In this document: piece by piece, positions 26,601-38,534 of the stretch | Layout: the number at the start of each line of letters is the position of its first letter | Numbering within the stretch: the first letter of the stretch is position 1 | From: Sphaeroforma arctica JP610 | Lineage: Eukaryota | Reading direction: 5' to 3' | Assembly (NCBI RefSeq): GCF_001186125.1 | Contig: NW_014040555.1 | Location: forward strand, 19,377 to 64,920 | DNA length: 45,544 bases | The notes under the pieces: model-generated | What the model was told of the DNA's origin: nothing | What the model saw: the letters and a program-made list of their open reading frames with translations, nothing else | Database searches by the model: none | Program-made: the position numbers and the translations under genes

Positions 26601-27627
26601 CTGTGATTCTGACAGAAAACTGGCACGGTCTGTTAAGATAGTGCAGACAGCCTCTGAAGTATGCACTGGATCACTGCAGTCCACTGCATCACTTGTAGTC
26701 TTCTCAATCGACTGAAATCGTTTGATAATTCCAGTATATGTTGATACTGGCTCCAACTTATTCTCTACAAAATTGATAGTCTGTGTGTACATCCCGTTAT
26801 CTTCGCCACTACTGGTAGATTTGCAAGTGGATTGCGCGGGCGTATACATATATACATTTACTACACCACGTAATGCACTAAGCGTAAGCCGCACTTGCTG
26901 AATGGCAGACATATCCCCTTTCTCCATCAGCAATGCACGAGATGCAGTAATGCATGTTGCCTGAATGTTCAAAGTCCACTGCTTATTCAATCTGGGAAAC
27001 TGTTTTTCCAGATATGCGAAGTCCGTATTAAGGTCATTTTCAAATTCTATCCTCTTACTTGTCTGAAATTACCGCTCGTTTCAAGGCACGGCCTGCTTTC
27101 TGATCTATAGATACTAGTTATTTTTATACTAAATCAGGGTTTGCTAGCTCAGGATCCAGACGGTATAACTCGTCCATAGAGACAATTAGACGTGCTTTAG
27201 ATGTTTTCTCATACACTGGTGAATTTGTTGGGCCTAGACGTTTCATGTACAATGTAGGGCATGCAACAATTACTGGTCTGACTACTCCATTTTTGGAAGT
27301 TGCTAAAACCGATATATGGAAATGTACGCTACATACGCGTACGTCGCCATTCCAATACTGAGCCTCCACTTCATCAGCACTGCGGTTGTCTGCAGCCCTA
27401 AACTTCTGCGAACAAGCTTCAATGTACCACTCACGTTGCTTATTGTTTAAATCTACTTTCGTTTTGGTAATCAACCCCTTCTTGCCAGTGATTGTTTTTG
27501 GGTAATCCTTCAGCTTTGGAATACGGAAGAATCCAATCTTCTGGTCCGCCCCACTTGTCGCCATCGACGTACTCACAGTTTGCAACAGTTTAGGCCACCA
27601 TACTTTCGAACTAGAGCGTCGCAGCAA
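23653..27627 (-). pseudogene. Frameshifted P-element-superfamily transposase with an N-terminal THAP domain and C-terminal SAP-like repeats
   Basis: THAP: FFRIP...W...VRVCSVHF...ACPT. Core: LDEVNI, VIFDG..VN, IVKCIKNNML, LERQQVAPALLLFS, LTLETY..FNYVLAGR, DPIE....RLMAGGN, YVGGY, C..C, GLTWPT. Split over 7 ORFs by frameshifts and stops. TIRs not identified. Confidence 0.85.
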
Positions 27628-27754
27628 AGTAGAACGTATCAGCTAAGAAATAAAACACACCTTTGCAAGACCATATTACAACTTTTAGCATGTTTTTCTA
27701 CTGTTTTTTTTGGAATCCCAAAAAAATCTATTTATTCCTGCGTGTACCCTATAA

Positions 27755-28150
27755 AATCTAATTTAGCAGGCTATGCTAAAGGTCGGGGAATTTTAGACTG
27801 AGACTCTGTTTGTTTAGTTCCGCTCCAATCACTCACTACTTCGGTCTATTTATTTCAAGTGTCAACAACCTAGATTGTGTTGGTTTCGTTTAATCGCATA
27901 CATTCTCCGAAACTATCCTCCAGTTATACCTTTCGTGGTAGTCGAAAACAATTATAAATCTAACTTAAGAAAATTAAAATCAAAATCAAAACGCCAAGCT
28001 GGTGCATTAATTCCACTGCGACTATAACATCATCACTTGGTACTTAGCTCGCCACCCCACTTGAGGCATAGACTGGCTCATATAGTTGGCTGACCAGGAG
28101 GACTCAACCTGTGTCCTATTTCACAGTATATTATCTTGCTCTGCGAATAT
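27755..28150. mobile_element. Diverged solo/partial LTR related to the LTRs at 35803 and 43496
   Basis: Shared blocks TTTTAGACTGAGACT, AATCACTCACTACTTCG, CCAAGCTGGTGCA, CATCACTTGGTAC, GGCATAGAC..AGTTGGCTG, TTATCTTGCTCTG. Confidence 0.85.
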
Positions 28151-30420
28151 TTGAAAATACACCAAGTCTCAAATTGTGCTTGAGTCCATGTCTTCTATAT
28201 AATTCAACATTTGAGTGGAAATGCAGTACTTCAAGAAAAACCACCAAATGTTTACAATATTTCTGTACTCTAAAGTATACTATTGTGTTTTCAAATGTCT
28301 AAATTTAGATTGTTCTAATTATTGCAGATGTATCTTCTACGTTTTTGTATTCCACAGTTTTAGATTTACGTAAACATATGCATCTACTATGTCAGGAACA
28401 AGCTAACTTATACAATGTTGCTATCGGCAAGAGGATATGGAAGAAGCTCGAGGTGAGTCGCTTCAGGAGAGGTTTGAGACAGCAATGACGTTGAGAGAAC
28501 CGGAGGATGATGTTTATGGCACGGGAGGGACCGAGCCAGTGTAGAGTACCAGGAAGATATCAGGTGCAGAATACAAGGTATAGACACTAAGGTAAATAAC
28601 GTTGTGCTAACACCTGCGCAAATTTGACCTTCTCAAGCGAGTGCGTGGGATGGTTGGAACCCATGAAACTCGTCTTTCGAGACGTGGTGGAGCAACACAC
28701 CTCGAGTGGAACACACAACCTTGGCTAGTACAGGTCCAACCGGGACATATGAACCCTTATCACAGGTACAGAGTAGGGAAGTGATTGCCAGCCACACTCA
28801 AGGCAGTACAGAACCAGCCACAACAGGCAGTGTGACATGGCCGTGCCGGAGTTTCTTGCCGAGTGTGAAGTACCCCACGACGGCGCCGGAGTAATGAAAA
28901 AACTGTTACGTAGTGAATGTGAGACCATTGACGCGGCTTTACACGTCCGCAATCGTATTGACAATATTATATGGGCCACCGGGAAGCAGAAGACGACAAA
29001 GACCCGCGATCGGTAGTGGACGAGGTAGTTCTAGAATCGCTTTAGGACGCACATGCCTTGTCTGAACAATAGCCGGCCAACCGTTAGTACCAGCAGGGGT
29101 TGAGACCACAAGAAACCATTCATGAGAGCCCAAAGGACAAGAACACGGTTGATAGAGTCGAGAGCTCACTCTGCTACACGATATGCGGCATAGCCCACTA
29201 AGAGCTATGTCGTGTCGGATAAATCGGAAGACCATGGGCCGAGCGTCCAGGTAAGTATATCCCAAACAGGAGGGCAAGCCCAAACAGGTAGTGGGTGCCA
29301 ACATTCTTGCAGTACGTATTGGGCGAGCTCAAAATAATTGATACTGATACGAAAGGAGTTCAAAACACATCGAAAGTAGGTCTATAGACCATTTGTTCAT
29401 TACATTATTTCCCATGCGTGCGCGACCAACACGGCTACAGAGCTTCATCCAAGGTAAGTTGGGGCGGAATTGTTTTTGGGGCGGAGATCGTAGACACGTG
29501 TACAATGTACATCACCCACCAGGAGGACAGCGCGTGGTTTACAACGAGGTCTAATGTGCCAGCCACCGGGAGCAAAGGTATTCTATGCTGCCCTTGGATT
29601 CGACCACATGTCGCGTCTGGCGGACGGCAGACCAATGTGTAGATATGAACACGCCTTTGAGGAGGTAAAAAGACTTGTGAAGTAATAAATCATACCCTCT
29701 GGGTGATCACGTCAGATTGTTGTTGAGGGGGACAGTCCTCTACTGGATGAAGAATTCACCCACCGATATATTCATTGAGACATTCGAGTGCACCCAACGC
29801 ATAAAGGGCGTCATCAGACTATTGACTTGGCAGAGGTATCGTGTCATACTTGCAACAGATGGTTGTCCCGTGATACAATGCTATAACCGAGTGTATCTCG
29901 GCCTACAATGCCACGCGTTCATCTACTATGAGCATGGCACCTTACACACTCGCTATAAATGGGTGAATGTTCTCATGTCATGAGGATGCAAAGGTTGTAG
30001 AGATTCTTCGGAAAGCATGAATGGAAAACGAACACCAGGGAGCGACTAGTGCAGGATTGTGCTGTAAACCTTTCTTGTTTTGATATGCGTTCGACATTCG
30101 ACAGATACTTACTTAGTTTTTCATTGTCAAAAGTACCACACAATTCCAGCTTGAGTCTGTGAACCCAACATGAGGCGTTGCACCTGTAAGATTCAGTCTA
30201 AAAAGGGCGATACTAATGCCTTAAAATAAAATAAACGACGTAGGAAAATTCTATATATCGTGTAAATATCGATANNNNNNNNNNNNNNNNNNNNNNNNNN
30301 NNNNNNNNNNNNNNNNNNNNNNNNNNNNNNNNNNNNNNNNNNNNNNNNNNNNNNNNNNNNNNNNNNNNNNNNNNNNNNNNNNGAGACATTGCCTATATAT
30401 AATCCTCTCAGTACTGTTTC

Positions 30421-31191
30421 AACAGTCGAATGATTAGCCTGTTCTTCTGGCAGTAATGCCTCGTACGGTATATCGACGCTGTGCATCTCTGGATCATATG
30501 ACTCAGGTGTCGAACTTGAGACTTTGGGCGTAATTGCTTGTCGACGTTCTGTCCACTTCTGTAGGGCTTCAGTAATACCCGGGGAAACATGCTCGCGTAA
30601 GCGCTGTGTATGTTTTTCTGATCTTTCTAATTGATCTACATGCTCGACAGTCAAGTCTTTCATAATAATAGCTAACTGATTCTTAAGATCAGCGTATTTA
30701 GTATTTAACTTACTTATGTGCTTCGGCTTAGAAGTCTCGGACGTAGATTCGGTTTTGCTACTTGAGCTTGCCTCCTCTTCTGGTTCCATAATAGGTTCCT
30801 TCTGAAATTTGTCCTTGTCCCCTATAATTGGGGACTTTCCTTTCTGATTTTCGTCAGACGAATGGGCTGGGGCGTCTTGCGACGTATCCCTTGTCTCACT
30901 TCTTGGCTTCGTTAATGCAAGCTTTGAAGTTGAGGCTATAGTTGTCCCTCGGGCTCTGTCAGAAGGAGTGGTCTCATTAAGCGGAGTGGCTACTTCCTTA
31001 TCTGAAGCATTGTCCTTTTGACTATAATTCTCATAGGCAAGTGCTTTGGCTACAGTGCGCTTAAATGCATCAGCAGCGGCGTCGGTTGCTTGCGCAGCAG
31101 TAATAGCTGCGGCAGCGTTAGCGACTTCTCTCTCCATCTTCTTCTTTTCAGCTCTACGCTTCGTAGAAGGAGTGTTGTCTTTCTTGGTCAT
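30421..31191 (-). CDS. Truncated first ORF of the deleted LTR element (charged/low-complexity N-terminus, coiled-coil-like segment)
   Basis: Open for ~257 codons until it runs into the 3' LTR. Starts MTK and contains VANAA, like the ORF at 43467. Confidence 0.65.
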
Positions 31192-31962
31192 AATCTTAAC
31201 TATGACTACTAGCTTGTCTCTTAACGACTAGCTTAGACAAGAGAAAAAAATTGTTGTGGTAGTTAACTTACCTTTACGCTTAAGTAGTCTAAGTAATTAA
31301 TACTTTTGCTAACTTTAAAATGTGTAAGATTCTGTCTAATAAAGGCGATACTAATGCCTTAGAATAAAATAAACGCGTAGGTAAATTCTATATATCGTGT
31401 AAATATCGATATAAATAAACGAAATGAGACGTTTAATAAAGTTAGGTTTGCCTCGTGAAAACAGCAATACTCTGAGGGATTGTGAGGCTGAGACATTGCC
31501 TATATATAATCCTCTCAGTACTGTTTCCGCAGAAGGGAATTTATTTAGTGTTTCGTTGTCGCTCTATTCTGGGGCGAATCCGATAGACTTATAAAATCCT
31601 AACTTTAGAAAAATAAATATAAATAAAAATACTCTTGACGTCTTTAGTTATTGTCTTAACCAATAACTTACCACTATCAAGAATTACCGACTTAGCCTTC
31701 ATCAGACTGGCACATCTGGTTGGCTCATCATAGGATCAACTAGGTAACGTTAATAGTCCCTAGAAACCTATATTTGGTTGAGCCATCTCGCTACCGAAGT
31801 ATTCAGATATAAATAAAACTGGAAAGTAATTAAAGCTCTAATAATAGAACTAGACCAACTCTTTTATGTTTGGTATTTTACTGAGGCCTTTTAATGGCCT
31901 CATCCAAATATCTGATATGTTAAATGGAAAAGGTTTAATTAATAAAACCATTAAAAACCATT

Positions 31963-32110
31963 TTAGGAAACTTAAGTTCCTCGTGCTATTAAAAGCACAT
32001 TTAGGAGACTTAAGTTCCTCGTACTATTAAGAGTACATTTAGGAAACAGAAGTTCCTCGTACTGTTAAGAGTACGTTTATAATTTGCGTACTGCTTAAGA
32101 GTACGTTTAT
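31963..32110. repeat. ~38-bp tandem subrepeats with internal palindromes in the LTR
   Basis: TTTAGGAAACTTAAGTTCCTCGTRCTRTTAARAGYAC units, about 3 full copies plus partials. Confidence 0.85.
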
Positions 32111-33478
32111 ACATAGAATCTAATGTGGAGGCCCGGCTTATTACACACCCACTGATCTATTATTTTGTCCGGATGAGGGTTACGGGAAAACTATATAGGG
32201 TTTATGTAAAAGAGGTGTTTGGATGGTACAATGTACAAATGTATAAAGACCGTTCAAGGACACGCCGACCGTTGAACAAACGTGGCGAGATCATTACTGC
32301 CTTAACTACGTGTCGGAAGCATCAAGCTGGCAGATCGGGATAGCACATAATGGAGTGGGTGAATAACCGATACTCACAAAAGCCACAACGAGCCCACTAA
32401 CAGTTCCAAACAGAGGGATACAGAGTTGGTGGTACAACACGGAGTGCTGTTAACAAAGGTTGGCACTTCGAGTTCAATAAGAAGTATCGTGGAGACCAGC
32501 CACCAGATTGGGCCGAGAAAAATCAGAAAATTATACAATATCAGGCATGCTCAAGAGAGCAAAAGAGCATCATATAAGAACGAATAATCTACAGGTTGCG
32601 CGATTGAGGCCGACCATCACTTCTATTATTATACGATTAAAGTTCTGTGGACTGAAGGGACGCTTCTTCTGTCGTCTCGCATTCCTGGGTCGATACAATG
32701 ACCAAATAATCAGAGTTCGGTATATGCAATACCGAACTAAATACTATGAGAACTTGGGAATAATATTTTGAAGCGAATTTTGCACGAAAAAGTCAGGAAC
32801 CCAGTATATAATAGAAAAGTGAATTTGTTTCTAAATGTACATTTGTAGATATTTGATACATATTCCAATTTGTTTTCGTTGGTAAATTAAGTAAAATTAT
32901 ATTCAGTGACCTTTTCTATATTTTCAATGTACAATTAAATACATTTTACATTATACGATGGCAATGTTTCAGCCTTCAAATCCGTGAGTGTATTGTTGAT
33001 TTATGAGGCAAACTCAAGTTCATTACAAGACTATTTTCGCATATACATATATATATATATATTAAAATAATAATTAAAAAACCCCCCACTACGTTAAAAC
33101 CTCACCTACTACCGCCTCGACCTTTACAAATGGCGACAACAGGCGAATTCGCATAAGCTTAGTAAGACATGGTAGAATAAGCCTTACATGGATGTTATCC
33201 AATAGTGAATTGCATACATCCTGTGTACTTGATTCAATTATGATATCTGTTTGGGTATTTACTAACAAAACGTGTTAACTAAATATGAGGTATATATTGA
33301 AGCACGCATAAGACATAGTGTATAAAACGCATAGATTGAAAGTCGATTTCATCCGATAGAGAGGGTATCTTAGTATATGTCGAACAAGGGCGAGAATAAA
33401 GTGAGGAATGGCACGGTTTTCTTTTTCAGAGTTGAAGAAGCTGAGCACCTTCTGGCAAACGATGTTTCGCCCCCCTTT

Positions 33479-35802
33479 CTACACAGTTTCCTTTTGTTCC
33501 GAAAGTGTCAATATGCCCTTATCCCAGCCACCATAATTTATTTCGTTGACCTTCGGAAGCGTAAACTGATCGCCCGAAATAAGTGCGTTGATCTGCCGCA
33601 GGTTCAAGCACACGCGGACCTTAATAAGTTCACCCGACGGTGTGAACGATGGTACTGTCAACAAAGGAAGGTTAACAATCGACGCAGATGTTCGACGATT
33701 GGTGACCAATTCGTGTTCCCATTTGTGTACTTGCTTCGTTATACGTGGTTTGTATTTGTCAGATACAAAGTTTCTTATCTGCCGACGTTGGCCCAGGAGT
33801 TTATCTCGAAGAATAGAGAGTGACACCTCACTACCTGGGAGTGTACAGCGAGCTGCATCCAGAATAGTGTCATTAGCATCCAGGTATTGGCGTAAGCGTT
33901 CGCGTATATCATCTGGCTCGGACAAGTCTGGGGCCATTCGAAGATTGATTGGTTCCAGTAGTTCATCCATAACATTACGATTGATCTCTGGAAATGAAAA
34001 TACTAATCCGGTTAAGCCAAGTCCCAACTCACTCATAATATCCATACCCAGTATTATATCAATGTTATCCGGTAGGTTCATAAATTCAAACGTACAACCC
34101 TCAGTAGCAGCTGACCCGTACTGGACTTTTGTTGCTTTTGTTTTGCCCAAACGTGGAGTCTTGAAGGCTTTGTCCGCCAAATACATGTAACTATCCTTGG
34201 CCAGCGGTGTAATAGAAAGGTGTGCCTTAGCTGCGGATACCTGAGTGATGACTGAACAGTTGGCCCCCGTGCCAATAAGGATGCGCATGTCATCTTCGTT
34301 CACTTGTAGAGTAACATATACACGGTTGTCAGTAGGAAACAATTTATCTTTTACTGCAAATATTCTTGTTGCCGTACGACCAAAGGACATGCACATGTTC
34401 ACATCAGGCACCCCAGCCTGTCAATCCGAATCTGTACCAACTTCCCAGCCGTCGGGTGTCTGCTGTTCGTCCTTTCATCAACTCATCGTCACTCTGCACA
34501 TACGACTCATCGACCAAGTCATGAATGTGCATCACTTCAGTTTCCTCCGTCTCGGTGGTTGGTTGATCAGGTATAATATCACCGTCCACTAAGTCAACAC
34601 GAGGCCGGAAATTAGTATCCGATCCGTGAGTCCCGCGTGTCGATGTGCTTGCAGCCGATGTATATTGAACTGTAGCCCCGCCATTTTGTGTGCGGCTACT
34701 TGTGTTAGCCTGGATCGATATTCGTTGTAAGTTAGGACAACGACTTGCATGTTCTGGTCCCGGCGTAATGTTTTGCTCACATGATCGACAACGAACCCGT
34801 GGATTCGACGTAGGCGGTGCATGCGGGTTAGCGCGTGTATTCGCCTCCGTACGAAGATTTGAACGTGATCGCGAGTTCCCCGGAATTCGTTGAGGTCGCG
34901 AAAACTTGTCCTGGCGATTCTCTTCTGCTTTGTCAGTGTTCACACGGAATACATCACGCATCTTCTCAGACGAGTAGTTTTACCACTGTGGATGCATTCG
35001 AAGAGTATCCCGGTAGTACGCCCCACCTGCAGCTTGGCGTATAAGATTAAGTATACCATAGTTGCGGTATACCTGTAGGGGGTTCTCATACTGTCGCATT
35101 TCCATATACTCCACCTTGCGTTCAAAATCACGAATCTGACTATCAAGTGGAACCGATGGTTTCAGCTTCATGCACGCTAACACCTCCAGGTCTTGTTCTT
35201 GTGTACGTACAATAAAAGCAGTGGCATTCTCAAATGTCATAGACTGTAATTTTTGCTCGTTTTCCACAACAAAATCCAATAACGCCTTAGGAGCCCCTTC
35301 ATGCTGTAGAGCTTGGTGTAAACCCATTTGCATGTGAATCGGTTCTAGCTTGTGGAATCGCGCATTTTTGTGCCAGTTCAAGATAAAAACATGTAACCGT
35401 ATCTTCTGCGGATTATCCAAATAATAGTTGCCCTGTGGGTTGGGCGGCCATTCCTTCGGTGTTCGCTTGTCGACCGTTATCGTACACGTCTTCAGAGTCT
35501 CATTTGACGCACGAATTAGACCCTGTAGCGCACGCGCACCGTCTGTGCACCCGTCTGTTTTTGCATGCATCATCCGTTGGGTCAGTTGAAAAACTTACAT
35601 CTTTATCTCGGCCGCTGTCAATGCAGTAATGCTAGGCTCCGTAGGTTCCGAACCTTTATGACGTTTCACCGCCTGTGGGTCTTCCAAGTAGCGGTCATGA
35701 TGAACTGGAAAGTGTTTGCGGTATGCAATTGTATCAATATGGACATTCACCGCATCCTGAGAATTCTTCTGTAACTCTTCTGGTGAACGTGGGCTACGGT
35801 GA
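33479..35802 (-). pseudogene. Outer Ty3/Gypsy element: gag (zinc knuckle), protease, truncated RT; its 5' gag part continues at 44363-44484
   Basis: Knuckle CRSC-x9-H-x3-C; protease ILIGTGANCSVI (catalytic D replaced by G) and DIILGMD; RT start KVRVCLNLRQINALISGDQFTLPKV. The frame rejoins across the GTGA TSD. Confidence 0.85.
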
Positions 35803-36487
35803 TGTAAAAGTCGGTCTCCTCTAGGCTACGTTAATAAGACAATACGTTAATACGTTTAAATGCATAATGTTAAAAATAAGTTTAGCTCCAGCCCTTGGTA
35901 GTGAGCAAAAGATTAGGGGATTTTAGACTGAGACTATTGTCTATATGCTCCGCTCTAATCACTCACTACTTCGATCTAGATTTATTTATGTTTTAGTTAC
36001 TAAGACTAGATATCATTTCATTGGACGCATATTTTACATTTCACGCCTCGAAACAATTATCTACTCAAAATAACCAATAAAATATCTCTCTAAGTCCATC
36101 TTAAGAAAATAAAAAATTAAAATCAAAACACCAAGCTGGTGCAGTATATATCTGCACCTAAACCCCATCACTTGGTACCTAGCTCCCCATCCCATTTAAG
36201 GCATAGACGGGCACATCTAGTTGGCTGGCTAGGAGGAATCAAAACCAGGTTGTCCTAAATTCTAACAACTCTGATCCTGTCCTTTTCTCAGTGGATTATC
36301 TTGCTCTGAGATCATTTTCGAATTATACCATAGGTTTGTACCAACAACCATTTCATACCTGAGACCCTCTCTCTATGTTCAAAACGTTAAACGTATTCCA
36401 GTATAAAAAGTATAAACGCTAAAACGCTAATACGTTTATAATATACGTTAATTGTGCAACTACTATTAGGAACCCGCTATTTTTACA
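35803..36487 (-). repeat. 3' LTR (685 bp)
   Basis: Direct repeat of 43496-44358; TG...CA termini. Confidence 0.92.
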
Positions 36488-36490
36488 TAG

Positions 36491-36518
36491 CCCCCCCCCT
36501 CCCCCCGCCCCCCCTCCT
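36491..36518 (-). promoter_or_regulatory. Polypurine tract
   Basis: G/A-rich run on the minus strand ending 3 nt before the 3' LTR. Confidence 0.85.
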
Positions 36519-36691
36519 CAGCTTGAAAATTCCAATGTTGGCTTATATGTGGTATTAGCACATAGACTCAATAAGCTCACATGAATTGTACAAGCGAAAA
36601 GAAAAGAAACGGGTTTCGATCATATAACGGCCTCAATGCTTATGTTATATTCTCTTAGACAAAGTATACTTAGACGTTATAAGTTACTCGG

Positions 36692-38100
36692 TTACTCTAT
36701 TACGTTTGGGCTTTGGTCCTTGTGGTCCCCGATGGTGGATGGGACGTGTCTTAATGCTTTTTGGAGGTACGTACATTCCATGCTGTTTAAAGCTGGGAAT
36801 GTATGATGTCTGTGAATAGATCTTACCACGTCGGGTCGCTTATTCGATGGTATTATTGCTTCTGCATCAGCTTTATTTTTGTGTAAGCGTTTGCGAAACT
36901 TCTTATTAAAAGCCTTTAGTACATCTGGATCATCAAATGCTGATGGTGAAAGATCATCCTGTGCTGCATCGGCGAACTCAGTAGTGTAATATGTCATATC
37001 CTCATGTTTGTACTTCCCTAGAATTTTTTAAACTCGTAAGACATAAGAGGTGTAGTAGCTTCGCATGTGCGACAAAGGATGATCTCTGTCGTAGGGATTC
37101 GATGTGACCCGATATTTAAGGCACTAGAGCCGTCAACGTTGTTAACTTCTTACGTTCCGCTCTTCTTATCGGCCACTGAGATCATAAATGGTCCAATATA
37201 TTTAGCCGTAAGCACAGTTGTATCGGAGTTGCGAGCCATGGTGTTGACTATATTGCCTACCTTAAACTCGACTATTTTCTTGGTATCATTCCATCGCTTT
37301 TGTCTCTTCTTGAGAGCGATGTCCTTCATCTCCCTTAAACAAGGATAGACCACATCTCTGGCCCGACGCATCTTTTCTAACCATGGTAACACATGATCAT
37401 CTTGAGACTCCTTGTTGAAGGGGATCTGTTATTCACTATAACGGCCCCGGAAATAGTGAGCGGGTGTTGTACCAGTGACTGAATCAGGGGATTCGTTCAT
37501 CTGTGTCTGTACCCAGTTGATTGAGTACGGCCACATGTCAGCATCATCAAGAAGTGCTGCTCGCATGAACTCCTTCATCTTTCTGTGTCGTACCTCGTTT
37601 GCACCTTGTGTCTGAGGCTTGTAAGGTACACCCATCTTATGGCATGATCTCGCAACGAGTAACAGTGTCGTCATGACCCTGTAGACTCACTACCGTTGTC
37701 GGAACATACAATAGCTGGCCAGCCAAAATCTGCGGACCACCTATATATGCACTCAGCCACAGTTTGTGTCGATTTGTCTTTCAGCTGATATAATACATTA
37801 TATCTTGATGCGACATCAAACACGTGACAGACATATTTATCCTTCGTGTGTTCGGACGTGGGCAGCTCAACTAAATCAATGATAACCCGGCGCCACGGCT
37901 CGTCTTCTGATATGCTACGTAAAGGTGTGTATCCGTAGCGCTTGATCCGGTTAACTTCGCAGTTGTTACATTCGTGATACACCTGAGATATATATTGCTG
38001 GAGGTTCGGGTGTACGATTCCGTACCCCTTGCAATCTTTCTCAGTTCTAACCTTGTCCATGTGCCTAAGTGCATGATTTTGTCTTAACCACTTCAGAATC
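36692..38100 (-). pseudogene. Integrase (HHCC, DDE, GPF) + chromodomain + C-terminal tail, frameshifted
   Basis: HALRH, ECNNC, PWRRVIIDLVELP, CSDNGSE, PQTQGANE, KYIGPF, then YYTTEF...SAFDDPDVLKAF. Confidence 0.9.
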
Positions 38101-38534
38101 GCCTCTTGTGATTTACTTGTTACATTGAAATCAGGAGGTGAGGATTCCACCGCGTTATCACCTGGACTCGAAAACTCGTTGTGTCCGATATCGCCTAAAG
38201 TTTCTACATCGTGAATCCGACTACTGTTTGATCTATCCAATAGTTGGGTCACATGATCATATACCTCGGGAAAGTCATTCATCAATTGCTTAAGCAATCG
38301 AGTTTCTGCTTGGTATGCAGTTTCCCTGTCAGACCGTATTTTGTTGTAGAAGGTTTTCGCTAGTGATGCGCTCCTCTTTGATTCCATGAAATTTGGCTGT
38401 ATCTCGGTAACACATACTGTAGGTGCTTGTGTTGTCCCAGTCTCTGATTGAGACTTAGGATTAAAGAGTGGAATCTTGGATTCCTCAACCTTCTGTTTGA
38501 AAGTATCGGATGGTGTCCACTTGGTTGCTCCAAC

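Larger units (their letters stand above)
30185..32145 (-). mobile_element. Internally deleted LTR retrotransposon derivative with 4-bp TSD CACC
   Basis: TGTAA...TTACA ends; CACC at 30181-30184 and 32146-32149. 5' LTR 31323-32145; truncated 3' LTR 30185-30420, near-identical to 31323-31527. ORF 31191 to ~30420. Confidence 0.85.
28400..32600 (+). pseudogene. Very decayed Gypsy-like relic (connection/integrase fragments) interrupted by the 30185-32145 element
   Basis: HAFEEVKRLV (~29650) and HPTHKGRHQT (~29790). Removing the insertion restores GVAPTDLLF, the integrase G..P..L.FG motif. Boundaries approximate. Confidence 0.5.

Noticed and set aside
23400..27760. Terminal inverted repeats and 8-bp TSD of the P element
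   Set aside because: No convincing inverted pair found by eye.
31963..32110. CRISPR-like ~38-bp palindromic repeats
   Set aside because: No unique spacers, no cas genes, eukaryotic LTR context.
33377..34893. Plus-strand ORFs of 100-200 aa
   Set aside because: Antisense shadows of gag/pol with no motifs.
35920..36260. Group I/II intron, IRES or known ribozyme identity for the LTR structures
   Set aside because: Only short chance-level motif matches (GAGACUA, GUGCCCG, CAGCC); no full core could be built.
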